Part shown: in pieces, positions 27,685 to 41,594 of the stretch
Layout of the letters: the number at the start of each line of letters is the position of its first letter
Numbering within the stretch: the first letter of the stretch is position 1
NCBI GenBank assembly: GCA_013239625.1
Contig: MU054001.1
Span: forward strand, 6,187,078 to 6,251,077
Length of the DNA stretch: 64,000 bases
Source of the DNA: Lama guanicoe
Taxonomy: Eukaryota
Reading direction: 5' to 3'
Program-made: the position numbers and the translations under genes
The notes under the pieces: generated by a model
Database searches by the model: none
Seen by the model: the letters and a program-made list of their open reading frames with translations, nothing else
What the model was told of the DNA's origin: nothing

Positions 27685-28220
27685 AATTCAAAAAGATACA
27701 TATACCTAGCTATTAAAAGTAGCATTATCTATAATTGCCAAGATACAGAAGCATCCTAAGTGCACATCAATAGATGAATGGATAAAGAAGATGAAGCATA
27801 TATATATGTAATGGAATGCAACTCACCCATAAGAAAGAAGGCTATTTTGCTATTTGCAGCCCTTCATTCCCTTTTTTTTCCCCACTTCAAAACTAGAATT
27901 TTATAACTGGTGTAAACATTTCCATTGCATCAAAAAGAAAAAAATACCTAGAAATAAACTTAACCAAAGAGGTTACCTATACTCTGAAAACTATAAAACA
28001 CTGATGAAGGAAATGGAAGATAATACAAAGAAATAGAAAAATATCTTGTGCTCTTGGATTAGAAGAATCAACACTATCAAAATGGCTGTACTACCCAAAG
28101 CAACCCACAGATCCAATGCAACCCCTATCAAAATACTCACAGCATTTTTCACAGAACCAGAACAAACAATTCCAAAATTTATGTAAACCATAAAAGACCC
28201 CAAACTGCCAAAGCAATCTT
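27685..28220 (+). mobile_element. Two L1 ORF2 fragments (~27685-27860 and ~27920-28220)
   Basis: caaaaagatacat...gatgaatggataaagaag; YSENYKTLMKEMEDNTK and tggattagaagaatcaac. Confidence 0.82.
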
Positions 28221-30245
28221 CTGTAGGTCTTTTTTCTCTCTCTCTCTCTTTCTACTTTTGTTCTCTTTTCTTATGGTTTGATGACTAGAGAAGGTTCTTT
28301 AACATTTGTTGTAAAGCTGGTTTGTTGGTGCTGAAATCTTTCAGCTTTTGTTTATCTGTGAAGCTTTTGATTTCTCCATCAAGTATGAAGGAGAGCCTTG
28401 CTGGATAGAGTATTCTTGGTTATAAGTTGTCCCCTTTCATCACTTTAAATACATCATGTCTCTCCCTTCTGGTCTGTAGAGTTTCTGATGAAAAATGAGC
28501 TGATAACCTTATGGGAGCTCCCTTGTATGTTATTTGTTCCTTTTCTCTTTCTAATTTTAATACTTTCTCTTTATCTTTAATTCTTGCCAATTTGATGGCT
28601 ATGTGCCTTGGTGTGTTCCTCTTTGGGTTGATACTGTGTAGAACTCTCTGTGCTCCATGGACTTGGGCGACTGTTTCCTTTCCCAAGTTGGGGAATTTTT
28701 CAGTTATTATCTCTCCAAACATTTTTCTCAGATTCTTTCTCTCTTTCTTCTCTTTCTGGGACCCCTATAATACAAATATTAGTGCACTTCATGTTGTCCC
28801 AGAGTTCTCTTAAACTACCCTCATTTCTTATCAGTCTTTTTTCTGTTCTGCAGTAGTGATTTCCACTAATCTGTCTTCTAGCTCATTGATCCATTCTTCT
28901 GCCTCATTTAGACTATTCTTGGTACCTTCCAGTGTGTTATTCATTTCAATGATTTTATTCTTCAACTCTGTTCGGGTATTTTTTACATTTTCCATCTCTG
29001 CTGAAAACATCATTCTGTGCATCTATACTTCTCTTGAGTTCTCTGAACATCTTTGCCATCATTACTTTAAACTCTTTCTCAGATAAATTGCCTTTCTCCT
29101 CATCACTTATTTCCTCTTCTGGGATTTTATCTTGCACCTTGGCCTGGGAGATAGTCCTCTGCCGCCTCATTTGTTTATCTTTCTATTTGCATTTTTAGGT
29201 AGGTTAGTTACGTATCTTGACCTTGGAGAGGTGGCCTTCTGTGGGAGATGTCTTATGCGTCCCAGCAGTACACTCATCTCTTGTCACCCAAGGGCCAGGG
29301 TCCAGCTGGTCTAATGTAGAGTGTGGGCTGTGTTTGTGGATTCCTTCTACAGGATATGGGATTTTTTTCTTATTTCTGGTATCTGCCCCTGGTGGATGAG
29401 GCTGGACTAGAGGCTTATGCAAGTTTCCTGGCAGAAGGAGCTGGTGCCTGGCCACCGCTGGGTGAAGCTTGGTCCTGAACCTCTAGTGGGTAGGGCCATG
29501 TCTAGGGGCCTTTGTGACTTAGGAAGGCTGCTACTGGGTGGGGCTGTGTTCCCACCTGTATGTTGTTTGGCCTGAGGCTTCCCTACAGGCTATTGGGTGG
29601 GGCTAGGTCTTGGTGCTAATGATCCAATCAAGACGTCAGCCTCCAGGAAACCTCATGTAGATTAACACTTCTGGAATGTCCACCACCAGCTTTCATGTCC
29701 CCTGGGTGAGCCATAACCATCCCCTACGTCCCCAGGAGACCTTCCAAAACCAGCAGGCAGGCCTGGCCCAGGTTCCTATGAAATCACTGCCTCTGCCCTT
29801 GGACCTGGCACATGTGAGGTTCTGTGTATGCTTCCCAAGAGAATGAAATCTCTGTTTCCCCCAGTCCCATGGGGCCCCTGGAGTTAAGCCCCACTGGCCT
29901 TCAAAACCAGATGTCCTGGGGTCTCTTCTTCCCAGTGCCAGAGCCCAGGGCTGGGGAGCCTGATGTGGGGCTTAGAACTCTCACTTCTGTGGGAGGGCCT
30001 CTGTGACTTAATTATTTTTCAGCTTGTGGGTCACCCACTTGGGAGGTATGGGGCCCGATTATATGGTGAGCACGCCCCTCCTACCATCCTACTGTGGTTC
30101 CCTCTTTATGTTTCCAGTTGAAGATGATCTTCTTTGCTAGGTTCTAGTCTTTTTTTCGATGGTTGTCTAGCAATCAGTTGTGGTTTCATTGTAGTCATGA
30201 GGAGAGGCGAGCTCGTGGTCCTACCACTCCACCATCTTGACCAGA
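28221..30245 (-). mobile_element. L1 5' half (5'UTR + disrupted ORF1), a different subfamily from 20072-22898
   Basis: ORFs 28955-29170 (MRRQRTISQAKVQDKIPEE), 28831-29022 (coiled coil) and 28420-28722 (INPKRNTPRHIAIKL...ITYKGAPIRLSAHFSSETLQ); 5' end caagatggtggagtggtagg. Confidence 0.9.
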
Positions 30246-30254
30246 ATTTAACAT

Positions 30255-30395
30255 AAGATTTTTTTAACTTTTAAAAATATTTTTTATCGTGATTATATAT
30301 GTTTAGCACAAAATTTGCCATTTAACCATTTTTAAGTGCACAATTCAGTGTTATTGATTATAGTATAATGTTACACAACCATTACCACTACCTAT
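30255..30395 (-). mobile_element. L1MB-like 3' end fragment
   Basis: aaatttgccatttaaccatttttaagtgcacaattcagtg. Confidence 0.7.
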
Positions 30396-30639
30396 TAAAT
30401 CAGTTTGTCTGTTTCCACAAATAATGTCTGTGGATCTTGACTGTGATTATGTTTAAGTGCTGCTGGTTCTCTTCTGTCACTCCTGGATAGCATCATCCTA
30501 ATTGAAAAAGGAAGATCTCATTTGAAGGGTGGCTTTTCTCATCTAATCTCCTCCCTGCAAAGGATAGCTTCTGTATCTGTTTCAAAAATAAATACATTCT
30601 TATGCCAGGAATGCAAAGCTTATTGAACTAAACAATGAA

Positions 30640-31440
30640 AATAAACAAATGTGTATATTCGATTGAGCATCATTTCTTTAATAGGCAGCAGAGGCCAGGT
30701 AATGATTAGAAATATGTGAAATAATATTTGATGGAAGTCAATTAATCACTGGATTCTCTAGGACCAAAACAGATGAGCAACTCTCTGGCCCTGCTTGCTC
30801 TGTATGTTTAATCATGCTGTGGGTCTGGCAAACAAGAATTACTTGAGTCACTATGAAAAGAATCACAGCCTAGGCCTGAATCAATTCATAGACCCAGAGC
30901 CCCTGGAATAAAGGGGAAACCAGGAAATGGTGAGTATGAATATTGGAATAACACAAATATGTACTGGAAATCTCCTTCCTTGCTATGACCAATGGGACTA
31001 GAGGCCAGTGTAACTGATCATTAAGGACATGAGAACAGTAGGACCACTCAGCAATTACTGGACTTCAGCTGTGAGCCAGTGCTACTTCCTGGAGACTCAG
31101 AATATACTATGATGTGAGTGCAGACTTACACAATTTTCTTCCCATCTCTGTACCTTAAGACTCTGTTAATTTAGAGATTTTAGAATTTAAGAGAAAAAGG
31201 CTTCTCCCTGAGGGCTTCAACAATGTTTACATTAAAATAAAAGTTGGAAATTCCACATGATTAGTTTAAACTCTTTGTGTCACTGGACAAATGACCAAAA
31301 AACAGTTGTGTTGGTTAAGGTGATTGACTCTAATTGTCAAGAGGAAATGAGAGGGCTGCTGCACAGTGGGAATAAGAAGGAATATTTCTAGAACCAAGGG
31401 TTCTTTGAAGGAAACTCCTGACAACACTCCACTATGAATA
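30640..31440 (+). mobile_element. ERV-L internal remnants: gag C-terminus, protease, dUTPase (RT/IN region absent)
   Basis: ttactggacttcagctgtgagccagtgctacttcctggagac (LLDFSCEPVLLPGD, cf. LLDTGSELTLIPGD); gtgattgactctaattgtcaagaggaaatgagagggctgctgcacagtggg (VIDSNCQEEMRGLLHSG, cf. VIDPDYQDEIGLLLHNG). Confidence 0.7.
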
Positions 31441-31849
31441 GTCTTGGTGGGAATGTAAATCCAGATACACAGAGAGGTTCCATCATCCTTCCTCCTGTCT
31501 CTACAACAGCTGCCAATGGGTGTACACGTGGACTAAGCCTAACTAATCAAAAACCTCTCCCTCATTTCCTCGTCTCCTCCCTCCCTCTCATCTTTTACTG
31601 GAAAGATACTTGGATGAAAGAAAAATTATTGGAGCTCAGTCATTCTAGCTGTGCTATCCAGCAGAGGAAACCACTAGCTGTCCACTAATATTCATGTGAC
31701 CTTCTTCCGTAGAAATGAAGTTGACTATAGGACGTAAGCAACCCAGCTAGCAGCCATCTTTCCCAGCTCCCATGGTACCAAGTGACTAAGCTCTCAGAAA
31801 CAGAATGAGCAGAACAATTCCTGCTCTACGTATTAAGAAAAAAAAGCTC

Positions 31850-32095
31850 CAACCCTGAACTGTTCTTTCTCTCTCCCTGATGACTGGAATGGCAGTGAGC
31901 AGAGGGACCTTAGAAGCCATATGTTTAAAACAGAAGTGCTATCATGAGTCTGGATCCCTGATATTTGCATAGAACAAAGCTTCACCAACAGTGGACAACA
32001 CATCTTGGACTGTTAGGTGAAGAAAGAAAAAAAATGTATTTCTTCTTACAGCCACTGAACTGGAAGGTCTCTGTTACAATCTTGGTACATACTCT
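31850..32095 (+). mobile_element. Old ERVL/MaLR LTR 3' fragment
   Basis: gagtctggatccctga...tcttggactgttaggtgaag...agccactgaactggaaggtctctgttaca. Confidence 0.5.
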
Positions 32096-32298
32096 AATGG
32101 TCAATTAATTTGTCTTGATCTCAGTCTGATGTCCAGTCTTTCTGTCAATTCAATGATCTCTATAATGAATATAGTAATTATAATTTTAAATATTCGGGGG
32201 AAATAAATACTGTAATCTGTCTCTAGCCATTGCATTAGCTGAAAAGAAATTAGTTGACAGTCCCCTGAAAGCAATACTCTCTTAAAAGGGATGCAAGT

Positions 32299-32720
32299 TA
32301 TGGCAGAGACCCCAAGCTGTTGCTAGTGTCTATTCTCCAGTTCTCCCATAATAATAGTTCACCCACTTTTAGCTGATCATATGGCTATCCAGCTTCCCTT
32401 GAAGCTAGATATGGCCATAGGGATAGGTTCTTGCCAATAGGATGTAAATAAAAGTGACAGCGCAGTTTTCAGATTGTGCTCTTAAAAGGTAGGGGAATGC
32501 TCTCCCCTTACTCTGTCTGGAACACAGGAACGATACATGACGTTCTGTACTAGAAGATGAGAGTAACACAGTAGAGACAGAAGGAAAATAATATAGAAAC
32601 AGCCTGGGTCCCTGACACCATAGACTGCTTTGAGAGAGACAAAAACTTCTCTCATTTAAAAACTGTTTTTGGAGGGGGGAATCTCATTAGACCAGCCAAA
32701 GCAATGTCCTAACTGATGCA
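32299..32720 (+). mobile_element. MaLR LTR (MLT1J-like)
   Basis: ccagcttcccttgaagctagatatggccatagggataggttcttgccaataggatgtaa. Confidence 0.7.
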
Positions 32721-34008
32721 TAAGTTACATTCTCAAAGTACACCTGAGACATTGAAGGGAAACTAAGATGTGTGGATTGGAAGTCAGTAGGGCTCTGGCT
32801 TCAACGGAACTTCTAACTTGCTAAGTAACTTGAGCAAGTCAGACCCTTTCTTGGGGTCTCATTTTCTCCACCTAAACATGCAGCCCCTAACAAGATGAAC
32901 AGCTGATGTATAAGACGAGAACATGTCGTGCAAACACAACACAAAAAAAGAAAAGGAATAGCAAAATCAGGTCCTGCCATAGGGGAAAAAAATCCTTGGA
33001 AAACAACAAAAACAAAAAGCACACCATGAGTATTACAGGGGCCACTCCATGCCCTTTCTTTTTTCTTTTTTCGCTTTGATGTTATTCTCTTAAACATTGG
33101 TGTTTTTAAATAAATGTTACAGATTCAGTGCCAAAATCCCATCTGCCTCCTCCCGCTGAGAAGTCATAATGCCATGTTTATGACACCAGTCTCTGTTTCC
33201 ATGGGGATGACTGTGTCACTGTAATTCCAGCATTATGACTTCTGGGTATGTTTGGGAAGATGAGTGAAGGCAATGAAAAATCTTCGAATATACACATTTG
33301 CTGTTATTCTGATAACTCACAGCTACAGGAATGATAATCCTGAAAATAATCTGAAAATAGAGGAACCAGACAGACACCCACGAAAGGATGACATCACTTT
33401 CTTGACTGCTGAAAAGGCCACTTAACCCCTCAGCCCTTTTTCCTTGAAGGTTTTGGTCGGCTTCATTTTTAATTTTTTTGTGTAAGTTTTTAATATAATA
33501 ATTTGCATGAGGCAACTGTCAAGCTTTTATGTGCTCCATCTCATTGCTTAAATCTTCCGTCTGAGTGGGGACTGCATTAAGCTCGTGCTGAATAATGCCT
33601 TCTATTATTTAAATCCATTATTTAAATTCAGTTTTGCCAAAGAAGCTATCACTCCTACTCCATCTGCAAATATGGAAACTAAATGTAGAGGTTCCTCCTA
33701 AAATTTTCCACAGAGAAAAAACATGTCATCCACTTAAATGCATGCTTTGAGCACTGCAAATTCTTTGTGCAAACAACCTTACACAACTATTTCTTTTTAA
33801 TACCAAAATTAGGGTTTTAAAAAATTTGCCGATTGTAAAAGTAATTCTTTTACTGTAGAAAATATCAAACAGTGAAAAATCTAAAGTATAAAGCAGTGTC
33901 TACTCAAAGTTGCTACGCTCCGAAGAAACATTGCTTCACCCCTATATTCTTCTGGATTTTTAAATATAAAGAAACACCAGTATTTACATAAATTGAATCA
34001 TATAATAC

Positions 34009-34500
34009 TGTAGCAGACTGTATTTTTTAAAGACGACCACTATAATATCCCCACGCTGTATGCTCTTCTGCAAGTATCCTTGCCACTCTTTCAAGAGGAA
34101 ACGTTATTTCTCCACCCCTGGAATCTGAGCAGGACTTTAGATGTCTTCGGTCAGTAGATTATGACTGCCATAATGTTATAATAGCTCTGTGCATAGCCCT
34201 TAAATGGCCTGGCAACTTCCACTTCCCACTTCTTGGAAACTGGCCACCATGTAACAAGTAGGGCAAAAGCTGAGGCCATTGTGGTGTGAGGAAGCCCAGG
34301 AAGGCCTGGAAGATGAGGTTCCATGCTGAGAGGTGAAGAAGCCAGTGCTCACCAAGGCACCAGACGTGTAAATGAAGACGAGGTGCATCCTCCCAGCTGA
34401 TCCAGCTGAATATATGCAGGTGGGTCAAGGACAAACCACCCAGCTAAGCCCTTCTTGATTCCTGATCTACAAAATCAAAGGAAATCACTGGGTGTTTTGT
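34009..34500 (+). mobile_element. MaLR LTR (MLT1G/H-like)
   Basis: tgtagcagactgtatttttt...ctccacccctggaatctgagcagg...cctggcaacttccacttcc...cccagctaagccc. Confidence 0.72.
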
Positions 34501-35469
34501 TTTATTTGTTTTTTTTTTAATGATTACCAAAAAATTTTTAATGAAATGGGAAAATGCTAATTACAATATAGTAAGTGAAAAAAACCAAAGTATGTAAAGT
34601 GGGATTTTAGTCTTTGTTTTACAAAAAAACAAAGTGAACTATCATACATCCTTTTCTGCATCATGCATTCCTCATTCAATAAGTGGTGAATAAAGTCCCT
34701 TACTATAGCTCTAGTTCACTCATTTTACTGATTGCTCAGTGTAGTAGAATTTTTTTAATCAGTCCCCTCTTGACCAGCATCCTCTTTGATCCGACTTTGT
34801 GCCATTAGAATCAAGGCTACAATAACACTTTAGTGTCCGTGTCCATTAATACATCTGCTTTTATTTTTCTATTGGTAGCCTTGGGAGACGCCTGGTAAGG
34901 TTAAATGATATACGTGTTTTTATTTTTAATAAGTACTGCTAAAGTACTTATGCCAAGGCTTTAACACTGCACATTTTCGCCAGGAATATGAGTATCATTT
35001 TCTTTAAATCCCCACAAGTATTAGGTGTGTAGCTCTTGAATGTAAACTCATGGCTCTTTAAATTTACATTTATTTTCCTGGCTGCCAGTCAATTTTAGCA
35101 TATCTTCATGTATCTAACCGTATAAATTTGCTCCTCTGTGACTTCTCTTTAGTTAATTATTTAACAGTGTTGTATTTTTCTCATCAATTTGGAGAAGTAC
35201 TTTGAATAATATGGACAAATTACCCTTTGTCTGTCATTTGTATTACACTGTTTTTTTCCCTGATTTATTTTGTCCATTGATTTAATTGCTTCTAAAATCA
35301 CACAAAAGTTGTTGTAATTTCTTTTACAACCTCTAATTTTCTGGTTTTAATTAAGAAGTTCTCCCTGACCCCTCAGTTGCAAGATTTTTTTTTGCATGAG
35401 TATATTTTTGTTGTTGTTTGTTTTTGTTTTTTTATATTTGAGCATGTAAGTCATGGGGAACCTATTTTG

Positions 35470-36900
35470 CTTTTTTTTTTTTTGATTTTTAAAAGTTAAG
35501 GTATTATTTACAGAAAATAAAATACACTTGTTTTACGTGTGCAGTTTGATGAATTGTGGTAATTATATATAATAAAGTAATTGCAATCAAGGTATAGAAC
35601 AGATCCATCATCATAAAAAGGGTTTTTGTGTCCCCTTCTATCCCCTGCCCACAGCTGCAGGCAACCGCTAATCTGCTTTCTGTTACTGTAGTTTTGCATT
35701 TTTCTAGAACTGTTTTGTAAATGGAATCACTCACTACAGGATTTTGTTCTTGACTTCTTTAACTTAGCATACTGTTACTGTGATTTACCCATGATGTTGC
35801 ATGCATTTGTCCTTTGTTACGTCTCACTGCAGGGTAGAATTCCACAGTACAGATAAACCACAATTTGTTTATCCACTCACCAGTTTTCTTCTATTGGAGA
35901 TTGTCCCACTGTAAACATTTGCATATATGGTTTTGTGAGTGTCAGTTTTTCTTTCTCTTTGGTAAATATCTAGGAATAGAACTTCTAGGTCATATGGGAA
36001 GTATATATCATACAGTTAAAGATACTACCAGACCTTTCCAAAGCGACTGTACCATTTTGCATGTTGACCAGCAATGGATGAGACTTACAGTTGCTCTGTT
36101 ATCCTTACCAGCACTTGGTATGGTCAGGATTTTTCCGTTCACTCATTCTAGTACGCGTGTCACTGTGGTTTTTATTTGGCTTTTCTCTGATGACTAGTGA
36201 TGTTGAGAATCTTTTCATATACTTTTTGGCCTTTCATATACCTTTGCCAGTAAAATATCTGTTCACAAATTTGGTCTACGTTTTAGAAAGACTTTCTGCC
36301 CAGTTTTTATTGGGATGTTTGATTTCTTACTCTTGAGAGTAAGAGTTCTTTATATTCTAGATAAGTCCTTTTTCTGATGTATATATTGCAAAAAAAAAAT
36401 TCTCCCAATCTATAGCTTGCATTTTTACTTTCTTAACCATGTTTCTTAAAATCCAAAGGTTTTCATCTGAATGAAGTCCATTTTATCATTTGTTTGCATT
36501 TATATTTACGCTGCCTATATCCTGTTTAAGAAATCTTAGGGTTAACCGAAGGTCACAAAGATTTTATTCTATGTCTTCTTCCAGAAGTTTTAGAGTTTTA
36601 GTTCTTACATTTAGGTCTCTGATCCACTTTTAATTAATCTTTTATAGTGTTAGTTAAAGGTATAAGCTATTTTTTTTTTTGCATACAAATACACAATTGC
36701 TCCAGCACCATTTCTGAAATGACCATCCTTTCTCCATTGATTTGTCTTGGCACTTGATTGACCATTTAAGTGTGGATATATTTCTTGTCTCTATGACTAT
36801 CCTTATACTAATTTTGATTGCTATAGATTTTTTTCAAAAAAATTTTGGGTATTCTACGTCCATTGCCTTTTTATATAAATTTTTCAATTTGCTTGTTATA
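35470..36900 (-). mobile_element. Old L1 (L1MC/ME-like) 3'UTR and ORF2 C-terminus
   Basis: T-tail at ~35470; gcaggcaaccgctaatctgctttctgttact; ttttctctgatgactagtgatgttgagaatcttttcat. Confidence 0.82.
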
Positions 36901-37019
36901 TCAAAAAGCTAATTGCTTTTCATCTTCTCAGACCCTGTTGCATCCCAGATGCAGGGCCCAGACTGAAGGGATATGGCTGCTGAGGGACCCAGAGTAACTC
37001 TTCCCTCGTCTGTTCCCTA

Positions 37020-37915
37020 ACAGAGTTGCCTTCTTTCCTGAAACTAACATAGTGGACAAAATATATTAAAGAAAGTTTCTCAAGACATTGAACATCAACT
37101 AAAGAAGGACAGTGGTCTCTGAGAGATGAGAAATGAAGGAGCTGAGCCCTAAACTCACCCTAACAATGGCCTAGAGAGAGTTCCTAGTCGGCAGCCCAGG
37201 GCAGGGCAACCCAAGTGGTCTTCCTAAGCTGAAGAGCAGAGCTGGGATCCAGGGTGGGGAGAAGGCAACTAGAATCAGAAGAGCAGAGTGCTGAAGAGGA
37301 GAGAGTGAGCTATGAGGAAAGAGAACTCCAGAGATCTACGAGTCCCAGTACTCTTCAACACACGTGTCTGAGAAAACTATCACAAGGGTTAGAAAGGATA
37401 GTGTTCGCGGAACATCAAGGGCCAGCATAGTGCCTGTTCACACCATCTGGAGTGAAAAAAATCCTCATAATTATAGGAATTAGTGAAATACCAAAAAGAG
37501 TTTGCCTCAGTGGTGGAAAAAAATTTTACCCTAGACTAAATATTGCTTTGTTCCCTGCTAACAAACAAAACCAGAAGGATCAAATTGTTTCCAAGTAACT
37601 TAACTACATCCCAAAATGAAGCTCAAGTATATTTAAATAAGCATAGCTTAAATGATAATGTACACAAGGAAAATTTCACAAAGCCTAGAATACATTCAAA
37701 AGTTAAGAAGCATGAAAAGAAATAGAAAAAAATGCAGCCCATAAAGAGGAAAAAATTCAGTCAGTCAAACTGACCCAGAAATGACACCGATGAGGGAGTT
37801 AGGAGACATGGATATTCAAACAGTCATTATAACTGCACTCCGGATGTTCAAGTTAGAGGAAGATTGAGCATGATAAGTAGGGACATGAAAGATATTTTAA
37901 ACAACAAAAAATCAG
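37020..37915 (+). mobile_element. Old L1 5' region / ORF1 start fragment
   Basis: gacccagaaatgacaccgatgagggagttaggagacatggatattcaaacagtcattataact resembles the L1MC/MD ORF1 start. Confidence 0.6.
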
Positions 37916-37919
37916 ACTT

Positions 37920-38850
37920 GTTTTTCTTTTTTTCAATCCTCTTTCTGTTTCTCACCTTAGATAATATTTATCACTCTATCTTCATATGCACTTACATTTT
38001 CTTCTTTCATATCCATTTAGATTTTAAGTCCATCCAATGAATTTTTAATTTCAGACATTGTATTTTTATTTCTAGAATTTCAGTTTGCTTCCTTTTTACT
38101 GTTTCTATTTCTTCTGCAGAGATTTCCTTTTCCATGCTGAAATTTTCATTAATTGAAAATATGTTTTATTTTACTTCACTGAGGATAGTCATAATAGTTA
38201 TTTAAATAACCTTGTCTATTAGTTGCAATAGCTGATTCATCTTAAGGGAGGTCACACTTGATTAACTTTTTCCTCTTGAGAATATGTTCCATTTTCTTAG
38301 TTCTTTGTGTGTTACACAATTTGGGATTATATCCTGGACATTATGAATATTAAATTGTGAAAATTCTGGATTCTGTTATTCTTCTTGTATGAGTGTTTTT
38401 AGCAGAAAATGTTTTTGCCTGGCTTAAACTTCAAACTCTGTCTTTGAGCAGTGTTTCTAGTCTCAGGTCAGACCTTTCGTCTTTAGCTGAGCGGCTTTGA
38501 GTCTTCTGCATATGCATAGTTTGAGAGTCAGAATGTGGGTGCACACTACCTTCCCCTCCAACACTCTCCAGTGTTCACAGTATTTCAGCTTCAGTTTTCT
38601 GGCTCCCTTACAGCTGCTGTGGGCACTGTCATGTGAAGCCACAAAGAGGAACTTGTCGGGCTTCTTGTCCCCCTCCTCCAAGTGTGAACCTCCCACTAGA
38701 ATCTGTCTGCTTCACTTCACTCGCCCATACTTTCAGGTAATTACTTTTTGTATTGGGTCCAGGTTTTATCACTGTTTTTTGCAATGGGAAGACCGGGGCA
38801 GGCAGGTTACACAGTGTGGCCTTAGTTCATCATAGCTGGACTCCTGGGAA
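37920..38850 (-). mobile_element. Old L1/HAL1-like ORF1 and 5' region fragment
   Basis: ccatccaatgaatttttaatttcagacattgtattttt...gattatatcctggacattatgaat. Confidence 0.55.
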
Positions 38851-40557
38851 AGTCCAGAAGAGACTTATCTTTGGATGCGGTGTCAGATGAAAGTCAGTTT
38901 AGCTGTCTGGCTAATTGTTCTAGCACATGTATTAAATAACCCATTTTTTCCCATAGAAGTAACCATTTTTGTCATATGTTAAATTCTCAAGCATTGGCAC
39001 TTATTTTGAAATCTCTTTTCTACATCCTTGATCTGTCTCTTCCCACGCAACTATCACACTGGTTTAAATACAGTGATGGTGGCATAATCTTAAAAAGCAA
39101 ATTCTCCATCATTATAATTCTTCATGGTTTTCTAGGTTATTCCTAGGCATTTATTCTTTAATATATATCTAGGGTTATTCATCCAGATTTTTAAAAAATA
39201 TTTGTATTACTAATTTGAATTGCATGAGGTTTATGTATTCTTTTGGGGTGAACTGACACTAACCATAAATTATTTTATTCCAGAGCAAGTTTTAAAGGGA
39301 GATCTTTCTGTTATCAGTGAGATTTTCTAATTATCTTCAAATAGGTCTTGTGCCTTTCTTTTAAATTTATTCTAAACACCATATAACTTGTCATTTATAA
39401 CCAAAGTCATATAACAATGCCATTTATAACCAACATTTCTATCTACTGATTTCTAGAGTAATGTGATTCATTATTATATTATTTATATCCAGCCACCTTA
39501 CCAAATTCTGATAACTTCTTAAAAAGCAAATTTTAAAACCCACAAAAACATAACCTCTTGATTGTCCATTTATAGATGCCATTAGCACAAAGCATTGTTG
39601 TTCTTTTCCCCCAATGTTTCTGCCAGTTTTATTTTATGCTTTATATTGTTGTAGATTTTAGAGACGCAGTACTAAATACTAGCCATATTGGATATCCCTA
39701 CCTACTGTCAGAGCAAATGGAATCAGATTATTTGCTGTTTAAGTTCACTTTTGCTATGATAATATTGAATCATGATTTATAGTCACAATTCAAGTAGTTT
39801 CGTTTTATTGCTATTTTATTCACAATTTAAATAGCTACTGAATTTTATCAAATATCTTTTCTGTATCTCTTGCTATAATATGGCTAACTCTTATGTTATT
39901 ATAGTGGATTACATTGACAGAATATTGACCTTGCATTCTTGGAATAAATCATATTTAGTCAAATTATTATTTTTGATACAAAAATGCTTTAAAAATTAGC
40001 AAATAGAGTTCAGCAATGGTTCTATATTCATGAGCACCATTGGTTGGTAGGATATGTTATATGAGAATTATCACCATTAAGTCTTAAAATTATGCTGGTT
40101 TCATGAAAATAATCTGGGAGTTTTGCATTGTCCATGGCCTGAAATATCTAAATATATTGGAATTATTTCTTTTCTTAAGGTTAAACTCATCTTGACAATA
40201 GTGTCCTTACCAATGGTAGAACTTGAATAAACTTCTAGTTTTTCCTATGGTCATTAGTTTGTCCATTTTACAACTTCTGAGTAAAATTTGGTGATGTCTA
40301 TTTTGCTAGGAATCATCTATTTCCTTTAGATCTGGATGTTATCGAGTTGCATGCAGTATTTTTCTGCAATTTTTAAGTGGTTATAGCCCCTCGCTTGTTC
40401 CAAATCTTGCTTATTTTTGTTCTCTGTCATCTTAATTAGGCTTCCAAATGTTTCTGCTTTGTTGGTTTTTTTCCAAAGGAATCAATTTCTGGATTTATTT
40501 ATCTTTTCTCTTTTTCTGTTTCATTATTTTGAACTTTCTCTCTATTACAATTCTCTT

Positions 40558-41169
40558 ACAATAACATCAGAGCATATAAGGATGACATTGATTGATTAGC
40601 AAAACCTCATAGACTACACCCGGGAATATTGGCAGTGCTGTGCGGCTTTTGGAGCTGATGTTTGGAACCTAAACGTGCCACTGCAATTTGAGAGCGATGT
40701 GGCGTGCCATCCTCCTGCTGTACTAACAATCCCACAGAAGTTGTCACCTACGCTCAGTGTGGCCATGACGCCAGGCAAAAACCAGAAGTTGATCAGCAGA
40801 TTGCAATCTACACGAAAGGCAGTGAGCCCCAGTTTGAGGAGCGGTTGCAGGACAACTTAACCATCGTGGCTGGTCCTTTCATAGGCATTACATTCCTACA
40901 GATTTGGGGGTTCTGCCTGGCCCAGAATCTGGTGAGTGACATTGAAGCTGTCAAAGCCAGCTGGCAGAGTGCCTGTCACAGCTGCTCCAAGACACTGGAC
41001 AGGCCCAGCCTTCCCGACCGTCCGGTGTGCCCAGCTGATACCCAAGCTGCACGGACCCTGATCACAGAGGCATCCTGTGATCCCACCTGATGGAGCTGCC
41101 AAGAACTCACCTTTTGGTGGGGTAAAACTGGGAAATGCTGCTCACTGACAGATTTAAAAAAAAAAAAAA
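40558..41169 (+). pseudogene. TSPAN5: TSPAN5 processed pseudogene, 5'-truncated (large extracellular loop, TM4, proximal 3'UTR, A-tract)
   Basis: NNIRAYKDDID...QNLIDYTREYWQCCAAFGADVWNLN...SCCTNNPTEVVTYAQCGHDARQKPEVDQQIAIYTKG...LQDNLTIVAG...CLAQNLVSDIEAVKASW. DARQKPEVDQQ favours TSPAN5 over TSPAN17. Intronless, frameshifted, ends in an A run. Confidence 0.92.
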
Positions 41170-41594
41170 CTTTGGTTACTTTTTCTAACTTCATATGATG
41201 AGTATTTCGATCCTTAAAAGTTCTGTCTTTCTTCTTTAAAAATTAAGACATTTAAAGCTCTAGATTTTGGAGAGTTTTGTTGTGCTGGGTCATTCTATTT
41301 TGTTAGTGATTTCTTTTCGATTTCTCCTCAAATTCAAGGGTTTTCTAAAAATGCATTTCTTAATTTCCAAGTAATTAAGACTTTTTAAAACCCTTTCGTT
41401 ATTTACTTTCAATTTTATTGGATCAATTTTTAAGGTTTTCTTCATGACCAAGTCCAATTTTTAAAACATGTACATAAACATAGAAAAACCCTGTTTTGTA
41501 TCTGAAGGATGGGAAAGTTTTATATACAGCTATCAAGTCAAGTTTGAGCGTGACCAATTCCACTATATTATTTCTTTAAAAAAAAAAATCCTTT

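Noticed and set aside
40704..41090. Functional tetraspanin CDS
   Set aside because: 5'-truncated, frameshifted upstream, a conserved Cys is lost (KGC to KGS), and it is embedded in an old L1.
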